Assembly: GCA_013115145.1 (NCBI GenBank) | Contig: JAAPAO010000019.1 | Span: 1 to 64,000 of the forward strand | DNA: 64,000 nucleotides | From: Perkinsus chesapeaki ATCC PRA-425 | Lineage: Eukaryota; Protista; Perkinsozoa | Direction of reading: 5' to 3' | In this document: in pieces, positions 1-11,835 of the stretch | Layout of the letters: each line of letters begins with the position of its first letter | Position numbering within the stretch: the stretch's first letter is position 1 | Notes under the pieces: generated by a model | What the model was told of the DNA's origin: nothing | What the model saw: only the letters and a program-made list of their open reading frames with translations | Database searches by the model: none | Made by a program: the position numbers and the translations under genes

Positions 1-137
1 CCCGGGGCCCCCGCCCCCCGGCCCCCCCCCGCGGCCCGACCTACAACGCAAAGGGGATATTACCGGCCCCAAAACCCACACCCCCCCCCCCCCGCCCCCC
101 GGGGGGGGGGGGGGGGGCCCCCCCCCCCCCCCCCCAG
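1..137. repeat. Low-complexity poly-C/poly-G tract, probably a contig-end or sequencing artefact
   Basis: Runs of C and G, including a long G run directly followed by a long C run at about 101-135. Confidence 0.7.
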
Positions 138-2887
138 GTACGCCACTGGTTTGTACTGGGCGGTTGCTAGCCGATAGTTGGGACAATTATCGAGATCAGC
201 AGCGCCGCCGACGACGGCGCCGCTTCCATATGGGCTTCACATTATTATCATTCATTTACATGCTTACACTCACGACCATATCAATAATAAATATATATAA
301 TAGTTAATTAATGATACGCGGGGTGTGTTTTGGTGGGTCGGCTGAGATGAGAAAAATTATTACAAAAAAACCTATTACACTATCCGTCATGGGGATTCAG
401 AATATACTTTGCACCGCATGAACTTATCATTAATTACCAAACGAGGACTTCATTTCCCAGTGAACTCGAGTTATGCGCAAAGCACCGTTCATGATAAGAA
501 TCTGTGAAGCAATGTATATGTCGCAAAGTATCGATACCCTTCTATCTCCATGGGTTGTTATTTGAAGTGTTCAGGTAACCAAGCCTTATCTATCTGAAGC
601 CCCCTATCTGATAGTTATGATGAAGCAGGTCTATAGTGTGGATCCAACAACTGGTATTCATCGACTGCCCTCATATGAGTATCGACTCTCCCTTCTACAT
701 TGACAATTGCCCGAATTCGCTCCCGACCTTGCGAAAGTGCCCATACGATAGGGATTGGTCATCTGGTTGGTGTAGATCTCAAAGTTCGATGACATTAGAA
801 ACATTATCTTTAATAGGCTGCTGGCCCTCAGTAGTTATCTTCTTATGGGTATTATACCGCACTGAAGAATAGTGCTCGAATGGTACTACTTTTCACGACA
901 TTATTTAGACTGACTGTGAACTCGTCCAAAAATAAAACCCATTTTCCCCGTCTCGTTACATTTGTTAAAAAGCGCTCCAAGCTGATGCGGGAACGGTCTA
1001 GATATCATAGCGCTAATGGTACATATAACCTAGTATATAGTACATGGCTCACTTTGCTGCACTTTGCAGGTGAGATTGTATTCAGGTATGAAACAAGATC
1101 ATTATTATGTCGAACAGTCCTGTGGCATTGCAGCTGGGTTCCTAATATGTGCCCTGCATAATGCCGGACTGGTAAGTAGTCATTATACTGCCATTGCTGG
1201 TAGACTATCTTGGCCGCTTGAGTTTGGGCTGTAACTGTGTTCTGGTTTGTTTATCGGTGAATCTTCTTGTGCCACGAGTCTGTTGATGATTCTATTTCGG
1301 TATGAGTTCCGTGAATAACTGTCATTTTAATTAGTACTTGATATTTTCACCAATACCAAACCCATTCTCTCATAAGAGAATTAAGGCTGAGTTTGGTATT
1401 GGTACTTGCTGTATTTCCTTGTGCTGTATTTTTTGTGCGCAGTCACCCCAGACGGTAAGCTATACAGTTTCAAGATCCTAGAACATTGGATAACTCAAAT
1501 CCATCGGAAAAAATTTAGTGCATTTAATCCCATTCCAGCCCCGTCTCCGGCCACCTGTGCTTAGCCTACTCGACGTTACCCGACCTCTGCATCATCATCA
1601 TCATTATTAGGTTACGCTTACCTCGACCCCAATGGGTGCCGAGTCCGCCATAAGGAGTATTTTAGGGAGGCCATCAAACGAAAAAGTCTTTTTATTGATG
1701 CCTGTTGGACTGCCCAGCAAGGACGCAACTGTCCCGTAGGACACAATCCCCTCTCGTGATATCATTCATACTTTTCAGGAGGAGAACGTCAGCCAATCGA
1801 AGGCGCTCTGAGCATGACACTATCGCAGTGGTGTGAGTGGCGCAGTTTTTCATTCGAAAGTTGTTTCTTTTTTATTTTTGTTTTTTGTGTTTTCTGGCTG
1901 GTTTGTACTTGTTCACTTTGAGTCATGACAGAGTCGTCGGCGCGCTTTCGGTATTGTCCGCGGCGACCAGTAGGGAGCAAAACGGTTGATGTGATCGTGA
2001 GCGCGAAGAAGCCGATTGAAATATATGTTGAAAAAGTGATGGAGGAGATAATTGAAAAACAGAAATCGAAAGTAAAGTGTTGAAGTGGCATTATTTATAT
2101 TTTGATTTCTAGATTGTTATCCGTGGTACTGGCCAGGTCTGTGGGAGGATAGCCGAACGAGTTGCTAAGTAAGCTAGCGTGTGCAGATCGGGCGAGATCG
2201 CCATGCACCTTTGTGGACATATCTTTATGTGGTTTAGTACTTTATTTTACCAATATGGTTATTGATAGGTGTATTGAGTATTGATTAATTTTCTAAAGCA
2301 TGTCCGACTGACATGAACAAGTATTAGGATTGCTCACAGCATGACAGTTTCCGTGGTGAAGCTTTTATAATAAAAGTGGGTTTCTGTTTCCGAGCCTGGT
2401 CATATACATGATCTAAAAATGGCTAAAATTTTTTTTGTCGAGTTAGAGCGGGGCAAGCTCGATTTATGGGTAATCGAGTATGGCGAATTCAATAGAAAAG
2501 GAATTAGCTCGAAATTCGACATACTTATCGATATTTTTTGCCCGTCCAGACCGCGCATCTCTAGATGTCGCGTACTGTAGATTGTTGATTTTTCTACTAG
2601 GAAATCTATGGTACATAAGTTATCACGTATGAGCACCCGCCGAGTACGCATATAGATCTTCGTTGTTAATTAATTATATACAGTGACCGATATGTAGAAC
2701 TGTAAGCATTATAATTCTACACATAGGGACTATAATAATATGTAAATAACCACCTGTGGAGATATGGCATAACCAATACATGCAGAACCCAATAGAAAAA
2801 GGAACTAGCTCTAAATTTTCGTATTGCTTGTCAAAATTTTGGCGCATCCAGGCCGCGCATTTGTGGTTGTGGCGTACTGTTATATGT

Positions 2888-5800
2888 ATGCGACAAGCGA
2901 ATCCGAGTTTTTCGCTCTCCCCGTCAGGTATGCCCTTCGACGCCTTCCTCCTAATCATGGTTTTCGTTATAAAATTGATATTGCTGCCGACTCCGATGTA
3001 GCCCAAGACACTCAGGAGTTCTTACTTGAGTTCGACCCTGATAGTGGCAGAGATGTGCTGCGATCTGTGCCTAAGAAGACCGCAGAAGTTCCTAGGGTGA
3101 CCTTAGTCACTATTGCACGTTAAAAGCTGTCCCTGTTTTTGTGTTACTCAATTCACCCCTCAGTGCCGAGTCGATGTTCTTGAATGGCTCTCTAGTAAGA
3201 CTATCGGCGGTCAGAACAGGCGTCAGTGGCATGGTGTCGTTGAGAGACTCAGTGTCATCTAGGCCACGGTTGAAGGTCAGCTCTGGTGCCATCAAAAGGC
3301 TTGGCACTTCACCGCGGGCCGGATGGATGTAGGCCAATGACCAGCAACACTCCGCGCTATACCTTATCGTTTGTATCATCTAGCCTCGCGGGAATATGCT
3401 CCTCGATGATCAAAAGAGTCTCCTAAAGCGGAGATGGGCCGGAAATATGAATATAAAATGTTCCTCGATTGAAAAGAAAGCGACTAGTGTGTTTCGTCTT
3501 AAGGCATTTGGTTTTCTGCTATGGTTTCCTGAGTATCACGTATGACATGTATAATCGAAATGTGTATCGGTGTAGTATCGGTTATACTGTATGGTATCTG
3601 CCCCGAGGATGATTAAACATATAGTACTTTTTACAATTGATCTCCCAACATGGTCTACCTTACGATGATTCTTTTTTTGCCCTATGGTTGGAATCCCCTA
3701 ATATAGCTGACTGCATAACGCTTATTAGGAAAGGGTAACAATTATATCTTCATCACTATTTTACCTATTTACATTTCTATTAGAATGATAAGCGTCTTAT
3801 ACTTCTGGTGCGTTGAAACATGAAGCTTAACCGATGCCTTAATGACAGATTCAAGACAGACGTGGAGAACTCCTCCGACTTTGCTGGTTTGCCACCTGTT
3901 CTGTGTAATGTGACATCCGAGGATAGCGCCAGGAGCTCCCCGATGGCTGTGGCGTTGGTCGACCCGAAGAAGACGGTTGTTTACGGTAAAATAATCGATA
4001 TCGATCCGTAAGTGAAGACGGAACATACTCGTCGATGGGGCGGAGGACAGTTAAATTTTTCGGACCATGTTGGTCTTCCGTGTTTTAAGTAGTATAAACC
4101 CCCCCGCAAAATAATAGAACATTCGGTTTATTCGCAATAACTAACGAAATACGACGAGTTAGGAGCTGTCACAGGTATCATTTATCCAGCGTATATGAGA
4201 CCTGTGACAGTGATATGCTAAATAGTTGACTCACAAAATTTCAGCTCCTTTTATTTTGCAGGGGGTTTATTTTCGGGGAGGCATTCTAGCCCTCACTCGC
4301 TCGATTCTTAGGAGCAGAGGAATTGATATGCTTGTTGTTGTTGTGTGTTAGATACTGTATATTCGATAACCGTTTTATAGTGCACACCATAGAGAAGGCT
4401 CTCCACCGTAGGGAGAGGTATTTCGCGAACGATTCTATCGGCAACTCTATGAGCTATAGATTATTCCACGGTGAAGCTGATGGCATTCCTGGACTCTATA
4501 TCGACAAGTAAGGGGGAATTACCCAGACCGCTTGGGATGGTCGTAGAGCTTGTTTTATTATTTATGCGAAATCGATTTGCGTGTAGATTTGCGAATGCGG
4601 GCGTTCGAGAGGTCTTGGCCTGTTATTGAAATTAATCCTAACTGTTTAGACTGCACTTCTTTGGACCTTTCAGACTTCAATTTAAGATTTTATTATTATG
4701 AAACCGTCTTTAATGTCATACTGTGCACCATAATCGACTTGAATGTTGCGCCCTTAACTTTTATAGAAACCCATAAAATCCCGCTCTGTGTTCAACACTG
4801 TCGAATCTTTAATGCAAAAGGGTTGGTCTGCGCCTACAGTTTTTTGGTTAGTCTTTCTGGGGGATTGTGACACAGTTTGCATTTGCTATCAGGTTTGTCG
4901 GTTCACCCTGTCCCGCTGTGGTGATGCATCTATCCCATGTTGGTTTGGAGGGTTATCTCTTTTCCTTCATCAAAGCCATAGAGAAGGTGCACTGCACAGC
5001 CGAGCCCACCACAGCGCTCTTCGTTCGCTGTGACAGCAGCGCCGGCAAACCGGCTTACACAGAGGTGATCACACTGTTGTTTAGGGATCTAAGGATTCAT
5101 GTCAGTTGATACGACCGTCCAGTCTCGGTCACGACAGCGCTGGTGATAGCAGAAATGTTATTATTAATGAAGATGGCGTTCTTATGGTCGTAGATATTAC
5201 CAATGAACCAGGTAAGCAAGCGACTACTCCTATGCTGGAGGCAAGTTGCTTATTTCGTTAAGTGCTAAATTCTCAGTTCTCTCAGCTTAGCTGTCAGGAC
5301 CCTTAGCTATTGGTCGGATCAATTTGACCCCGCCTACTAGTGCTTTTAATATCGTTATACATATCCTATATCTGCATTAGACCTCTGCCTGATACAACGA
5401 AGCATCGTACCGTCCCTCTCAGGTTACCTATTGAGTCGCCGTTCAGATCGGTCAGCCCTTCGTAAATTGGTAGCGACTACAGCAGCGTGTGCATCAACAC
5501 CCTTCTCTATACTAGACCTCTACAGCTCCTCTGGCTCCTATGGTATACAACTGCTGCAGTCAGCCAATGCCAAAGCTACAGTGAGTAAACCACAGTGATG
5601 GAATGTTTGTTGCCTGCCTTCCTCCGATATACTCCTATAGCCAAATCATAATGAAAAGGTGCTTTTTAAACCAAAGGAAGGTATTTTTTACTATCACTTT
5701 GGTCATATTAGATTTTGTAGCACAGACAGAAAACCACCGGCTGTAATCTCACCGTAATTCATCAACGTGTGTAGACGGTCCCCTGCATGCGGTCCGACTT

Positions 5801-6519
5801 CGCTCTGTCGCTTGTTTTATGTATAGCGTTATCCGTTGAATTGTGTCGAAGAAAACGTAAAGTAGGCAACTGGAGTTCTGCGAAGTTTACTTTCGGGGAC
5901 AACTTGCAGCATGGAAGTTTTCAGGCCACCTGTGTTGATCAAGACAGCGAGCTTCTTCGACTTGGCGAGCTCAGTTGCGAGGAGAATGCCATTCGCAAAG
6001 GCAAGATACGTTTCGTAGGCTGCCATATAGGTCGCCAGCTCCAAATCATTGTGGACAGGTTCACGGCAGAGTGGCGCCGTTCCTGGAGACCTTACCTCAT
6101 AATTCGCTCTATAATGTCATTGTTATCGACCCGCCCAGCATCGCCGACAAAACAGAAAGGAAGTCCAAAAGTCAGCGCGCCTCACTTGAACCTATCCCAC
6201 TTGTATCGATTAGATGCCAAGCTGCATAGCATCGAAACTGTAGTGAAGAAGGCCGCAGGTCATTTGGCACCTCGTGGCCTGTTGTACGTCACCAACGGCG
6301 ATAACGCTGGCATCAGCTCTGGACAACTCGCTGGGGCAGTTGGTCGGGTGTGCACTTGACATCCTAAGTATCTCTGTATTAGGTCGAGCCTTGGCCGCTG
6401 CGGAGAGACCGAGAGCCACGGTCATTGCCCGAGGCTTCCCGGACTACCGAGATCATCCTGTCCCTCTTGCACTACATGACTCAGGCGGTTTTTGTTCTTT
6501 AACGCTCGAAGTGGAGTAG
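2888..6519 (+). CDS. RlmI/RlmK-family (PUA-like + class I SAM-dependent) RNA methyltransferase, multi-exon; start uncertain
   Basis: Spliced segments are colinear with bacterial RlmI: RPRLKVSSGAIKRL..AGW|IFKTDVE (3328 to 3849, phases match), YRLFHGEADGIPGLYIDK (about 4450-4508), VIINEDGVLMVVDI, GYLLSRRSDRSALR, SAM motif ILDLYSSSGSYG (about 5510-5550), TCVDQD, YNVIVIDPPS, HLAPRGLLYV and DHPVPL near the stop at 6519. Confidence 0.8.
4097..4267. mobile_element. MITE-like element with about 18-bp terminal inverted repeats and TA flanks, in intron 4008..4351
   Basis: TA|AACCCCCCCGCAAAATAA ... TTATTTTGCAGGGGGTT|TA, plus internal inverted pairs AGGAGCTG/CAGCTCCT and CTGTCACAGGT/ACCTGTGACAG; no ORF. 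Confidence 0.7.
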
Positions 6520-6823
6520 CAATTGATGCATGCTGATACATGTAGCTGAAAGCTTCCTGGCTGCCCTTAATTGCCCATAAGGTTTCTGCTGCAATGTTTC
6601 TGCGTACTTATTACTTGCTTTTGGTTTGCAATTGTGGCCTCCATCTACAACTGAGTCCTGAAATTTTCTCATCGAATCGCCATAGCTTTCTATACTCTTG
6701 TAGTAGTACTTTAGCGTATATAGTCTTCAACACAGGAAAGAATTTCACCCGAATTTTCCCGGTCAGCGGTGACCACAAGCGCTTGAAAGTTTAGTAATAG
6801 CGGTTCTTGCTCCCTCATCGGAC

Positions 6824-7373
6824 ATGTTGCTCCCGGAGGGCTACACCATCTCTGGAGGTCTATTCTTCTTCTTTCTCCTGGGTTACGTCTCCCTGACACT
6901 GGCCTGTGTCATGGGCACGCACCTGGCCTACAAGCAAGCGGCTCTCTGTGATACAACCAGAATCATCAAAACTGTTGGTAAGAGACGCTCCATGAGCGCC
7001 TCGATCACGCTTGCGCGTCAGGTCACATCCCTGCCTCATGGAGGGCATTCGCCCGTCCATCACCAGATACTATCAATTACAAACTGATTATGGTAAGTAC
7101 ACTCAATTTCAAGATGCCTCCGGTGGTTGTGGTATCTTACGGAATATCAGATCGTATTTCCGATGATGTCCCAGTGAACTACAAGAGATACACTTTAGGT
7201 TCCGATTTCCACCGGGTACATACAGGGTGATGCGAGAAAAGGGCCCATTTCTCTATGTAACGATTTTTCTGTTCAACCATTACTCAGAGCCTAATTCGAA
7301 TATCGCAGTGGTTGATGAGGCATTAGAAAGAGGTCACCAACAGCTTCAAGTTGGTACCTTACTTCACTCGTAA
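6824..7373 (+). CDS. Hypothetical small membrane protein, multi-exon
   Basis: ATG 6824 followed by a hydrophobic segment GGLFFFFLLGYVSLTLACVM, GTAAG donors (about 6978, 7092) and a plausible last exon VMREKGPFLYVT...HS*. No family recognised. Confidence 0.35.
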
Positions 7374-7429
7374 ATCTCACGCGCCAAAAAATATGAGCCA
7401 TGGGCCCCTTTTCTCGCATCACCCTGTAT
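7220..7429. repeat. 29/30-bp near-perfect inverted repeat
   Basis: 7220..7248 ATACAGGGTGATGCGAGAAAAGGGCCCAT is the reverse complement of 7400..7429 apart from one extra base. Confidence 0.9.
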
Positions 7430-8361
7430 TTTCCTTTCTTCCATTACTCATCACTAGTAAGATATACTCAAATAGGAGGCGGACCAGGAATACCTTTTCT
7501 GGGGTTCCTGAACTAACCCTTACCTGGTCGGCCTCACCTGTCTTTCAGGTAATGGCCTGGACAGTGGTCCCCATGAGGTTCGCCTTGGCCACAATGCTCC
7601 ACTTCGCAGCAATCCTTATCAGCTGCGTGCCTTCAGAAAGGCTTCTTGTAGCTGTTATACCGCTGTCTGCTAAGATCGTCCTTCGCGTTTTCGGTAACCC
7701 ACTCTCCGCTGTACAATGTGATCAGCATTTCAGGGCTGGATGTCCGTCAACACGGGCATCGTCTCTCCCCGATGGAAGCGCCAACAATTGCGGCGAATCA
7801 CGTATCTTATTTCGATATTTACGTAACAAATCATCAACCCGAGACGATCCTTCAGAGTGCGTTCCATAGGTCCTTCAAAGTTGCGGAGTAGCCCCTCTGT
7901 CCTTCGTTGCCAAGAGTGCGGTTGAAGACATGTATATCATCGGCCATCTCGCTCGAGCTTTCGACTGTGTGTAAGATGTTTCTCTATATCCGATTCACGC
8001 TTAGTCTTATCAAAGCTGCCTCGAGCGCTCGGCCGTCTTCGTATTTTGGCAGACGGGAAAATTTTGAGGGGAATTTTTTGTGCTCCCGCGGCGAGGGAGT
8101 TAATTCATGATCCCGATTTTACGAGAAATTAAGAGGGAGGCCAACGAATCTCCCGCGCTACCTCAAGCTGTGTTGGAACTGCATTACAGTATCTTTGCAC
8201 CCAGGCATGAAACGGTTGATCGATTTACATATTCTTCCTTGCTGTGTCTTCTAGTACTACGCTACAAAATTTTATGGTCGTACACTCAGTAGTTGACGAG
8301 AAATAGTTAGAAAACGTAATATTCTATTTCATTGGGGAGGGCTGTAGATGAAACTCGGTAG

Positions 8362-9733
8362 TTGAGTCTCCTAAAGACTCTCCTTGGTAGTTGCCTAGCT
8401 CCCACGAAGTTTCTACAGCAAAGGGAAGCCCCTTGGAATTCCACCATTCCTCAGTCGGTTTTATTATCACTTGCAACTATTTCACCACTCAGGTTCGTCA
8501 GCCGTGGAAAGTGTCCGGAAGAACGGAAGCATGTTGTTGATAAAATTAGAAAGAAGCAAGAACGTAAGGATCCAACTTACCATTAAGATCACATCCTTTG
8601 GTTGCTATATATCGCTTCCTCGGCCCAACAGAGGACATCGAGCATACTATTCTATACTAGTACTGTACTGCATGTCCAGTATTAAGTGTCTCTACGCTCT
8701 TGGGTGTATTAATTGGCTCCACCATGGATGGATTGGATAGAAGCCGTATTCTATACTGTATAATTTCAACCAATAATTTTATAAAACTCACGTTCTCGGC
8801 TGTCTCTAACTCAAGAACTTGAAGCTGTTCCATCTTTTGTCTCCTACGTTACTATGATCGGCCATCAATACGTCATTGTTGCGAAACAGTCAGACGTATT
8901 GGTAACCATTGGTTAGAGGCGGGATGTGAAATCGCTCCGGGCGACTCCCGTCAGCTCTTCCCTGCTCGCTAGAGCGGGACTTCATTGCACGCCCGAACAT
9001 CCTGATGGACGATAACTTGTAGACTTGTGCATCTCATTCCCTATATCTACATTTATGCTATTTTATATTCTTCAAGAGTGACTCTTGAATGAATAAGATA
9101 TTTAATAAGTTATATATTCGAATCTTTTCATTCCATTTGTTTCCACTGAAGGGTAGCTTCTTCCCGTTAGGTGTCATAAACGGCGCCACTAGATTCCAAC
9201 TATGCGTTTTTCCCGAAGGAACTACCACCAACGGCCGATCGGTGATGAAGTTCCGAAAGGGAGCCTTCGAAAGCCTCCTCCCAGTAGGACGCCCACCTTC
9301 GCCAACCCACAATGCATTGCTCAGGTTCAGCCGGTAAGGCTCGACTATACTTCTGATCACTCTAGTTACACCTGTCTGGATTTACTCTATCACATGCTGC
9401 TCCATCTCGCAATCGCTTCCATAGAGGACGTCTATTGCGACGTCTACTGGCTTCCCAAGGTTCGTTCGCCAATTCGTTGGTGATCCATCTCAATGGTTCT
9501 CAGGTTGGTGACTCGGGCACAACTTGGACGGGAGAGGGAATCGCCAACAAGGCTCGACTGGAGATTGCTAGAGCATGCGATAGGCAGGATTCTTTGTGGC
9601 GTTCGTGCTGTTATGTCATCTTAGGCATCTGATCTTGGACGATAATGCCTCTTTGGAAGGCCACTATGAGATAACTAACTTCCTGTTGAATGCTAAGACT
9701 GCTTTATCTTCCAGCCATATCAAAAGTGATTAA
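8362..9733 (+). CDS. Lysophospholipid acyltransferase (LPCAT/PlsC family); 5' exons unresolved
   Basis: FVSRGKCPEERKHVVDKIRKK (FVDR-type motif), CVFPEGTTTNGRSVMKFRKGAFESLLP, VQPVRLDY, GIANKARLEIARA; last exon HLILDDNASLEGH...KSD* via a 41-nt GC-AG intron 9584..9624. The NHxSxxD motif was not located. Confidence 0.7.
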
Positions 9734-10908
9734 CTTTTTTGAAATCGGATTTCTCATTCGAGTGTTGTGTCGAAAGTTTCAATTCTTCTCGTTACTCTTC
9801 GCTTATGGAAATACCCCGCATCTGTCGTTCCTTGCGCCACTGTAATTAATTTTTTCTACGGCCATGTTGCGAGCGGCGACTTTTGTGTTTCTTTCAAGAT
9901 TTTGAAAAGTGTCCAAACTGTTATACTATGAAATTGAACTCGTAAAGAAGAAATAATCTAAACTTGTGTAGTAAATTTGTAATAATACTGTAACTTCTAG
10001 CATTTGTATACTACAAACATCTACCACTTGTTCTACTATACAACATATCATACAGTGATGCTACCGAGATGCCCATTCGTGGTTGCCCTGTCGAACAGGG
10101 TGCCACAGTCAACGAGGGTAGAGGCAACCCTTAAGGGGCTCCTGAATGTAGATACGTCCATGGGATCGTGGATGACGCTGTTCTGCAACATGAACTTAGA
10201 TAAGCAGCATGACGTGATATTCGATCGTCCTAAGTTACCGAACCCACGATGCCAGGGGCTTTCGTTGTTTTAGTCAGAGATCTTTCGGAGGAATGGTATT
10301 CGACAAGTCACAAATTCTCAAGATCAGCAATATATGAAATAAGAAACTGTGAAGAGTTTTTTATCCGAGTTTAAACGGCCATAAAAGCCTGGTGAAGCAC
10401 ATGATGCGCTGAATAATTTATTTCGTAAATAGTATAAGTTGTTCCACTGAGTGTTTTGTATTTCCGAAATCTACATGGTTTCAGGGATATGGGATTTAAA
10501 ACCTTTATGTGGGCATGAACGCGACGTTCCTGCCACATACCACAATGATGTGCATACATGAAAACATACATAAATCCCAAGCATACGAAGCCTCGGCAAG
10601 GAGTTCTTAAATGTTTTATCTGCCACTCCTGCTGTTCCTCATTTTTGTAGATATTGTCTGCCTCATCACATGCTGACTAATAAACATTACCGATGCTTAT
10701 TAAGTGTACTGTAAAGTATTCATGTAAACCAACTCACTGTTCGACGTTAGTTTATCATTAATTACAAGTTCATATAACAATCCGTAATTTAGTGTTATAC
10801 AGCAGTGATGCGCACTACTTGTTGTGTTAATAACATTATTAGTTGCGTTGTTCAATTTAAGGTGTTATCCAATTTCATAGGATAATCTCAATCTCTTGCA
10901 GTTCGCCA

Positions 10909-11488
10909 ATGACACAGCGACCTTGCGGCGACGGTGAGTTCTGGTTTGAGGAGCAGATCCACAGGGAGATGGATGCTGGCCGGCATTCGTACAGCCTGGT
11001 GGAGGATGTCCGGCTGGAGCAGAGGGTGAAGGAGATATGCCGGCGGGCCAGAGTGAGGGGGGAGAAGCCACCTCGCATAAAAGGGGACAGCCTATGGCGG
11101 CGCATCGAGGAGGAAGGTGAGCTAATATTACAGGAACCATGAGTTACTTTCATATTCTAGGACTCCTACCTGGCCGGACCTGGCAGAGTATGAAGGAGCG
11201 CTGGAAGAAGCACATCTGTCCAGCCATAGAGGAGCGTTACCAGCAGCTTCGAGCTCAAGGCAAGATACCGGCTGAGCAGGAGAGGGCAGCAAGCGAGCGC
11301 CTATCTGAGAGTGGCGATAGCGAACTCACTGATGAGACATCAGACAGCGAATCTGAGAGTGAATTTGAGGGTAAAGAAAGCGAGAGTATAGTGCGTTTGC
11401 AGTATTGATTTCAGAGGCTCTGAGCGCAGCGGCACCGGCGCGGGATGGTGCCTCTCCCATCCCGATGGATGACGGTCCGCTGAGATGA
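10909..11488 (+). CDS. Rap1-type Myb-domain protein with acidic Ser/Glu tail; may have an upstream exon
   Basis: join(10909..11116,11161..11370,11415..11488) with two 44-nt introns gives GRHSYSLVEDVRLEQRVKE...KGDSLWRRIEEEGLLPGRTWQSMKERWKKHI, matching the RAP1 Myb pattern (GR..FT..DD....V...GN.LWK.ME...HSWQSLKDRYLKHL). Confidence 0.7.
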
Positions 11489-11835
11489 GCCTTGTTGGAG
11501 TGCATCTATAATTGTGCGACGAAAGAGCACGAAAAAGCAGCCTTGAATTGCCCCTGGTCGACGCGCTGGGCTGGCACATTGCTCAATGACAGTTCTGCAT
11601 CAGATCGCCGACTTGCGTTCAAGTCAAGCTCAAGTGCTCGTTTGGAACCCTCTTTGCCGGAATGTCGGTGTTATATACTTGAACCAATAGGATGCTAAAT
11701 CCGGCTTGAAGGCCGAATTCGGAAACTCGCTTTCACTCGGAAGTTGCCGTAATAGGCCATTACTTGTTTTTAATGCTACACAGGACGCTACCTGCTTTCC
11801 AGGGACTGTTTGCTCGGTCCGCTGTACATCTAGAT

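Noticed and set aside
1-137. Poly-G/poly-C palindrome as a G-quadruplex or telomere-like structure
   Set aside because: Irregular homopolymers at the window edge look like low-quality sequence; no telomeric unit is present.
3395-3460. KSLLKRR segment resembling the RlmI N-terminus
   Set aside because: It lies in intron 3329..3848; flanking exons already join in phase to give the GWIF motif.
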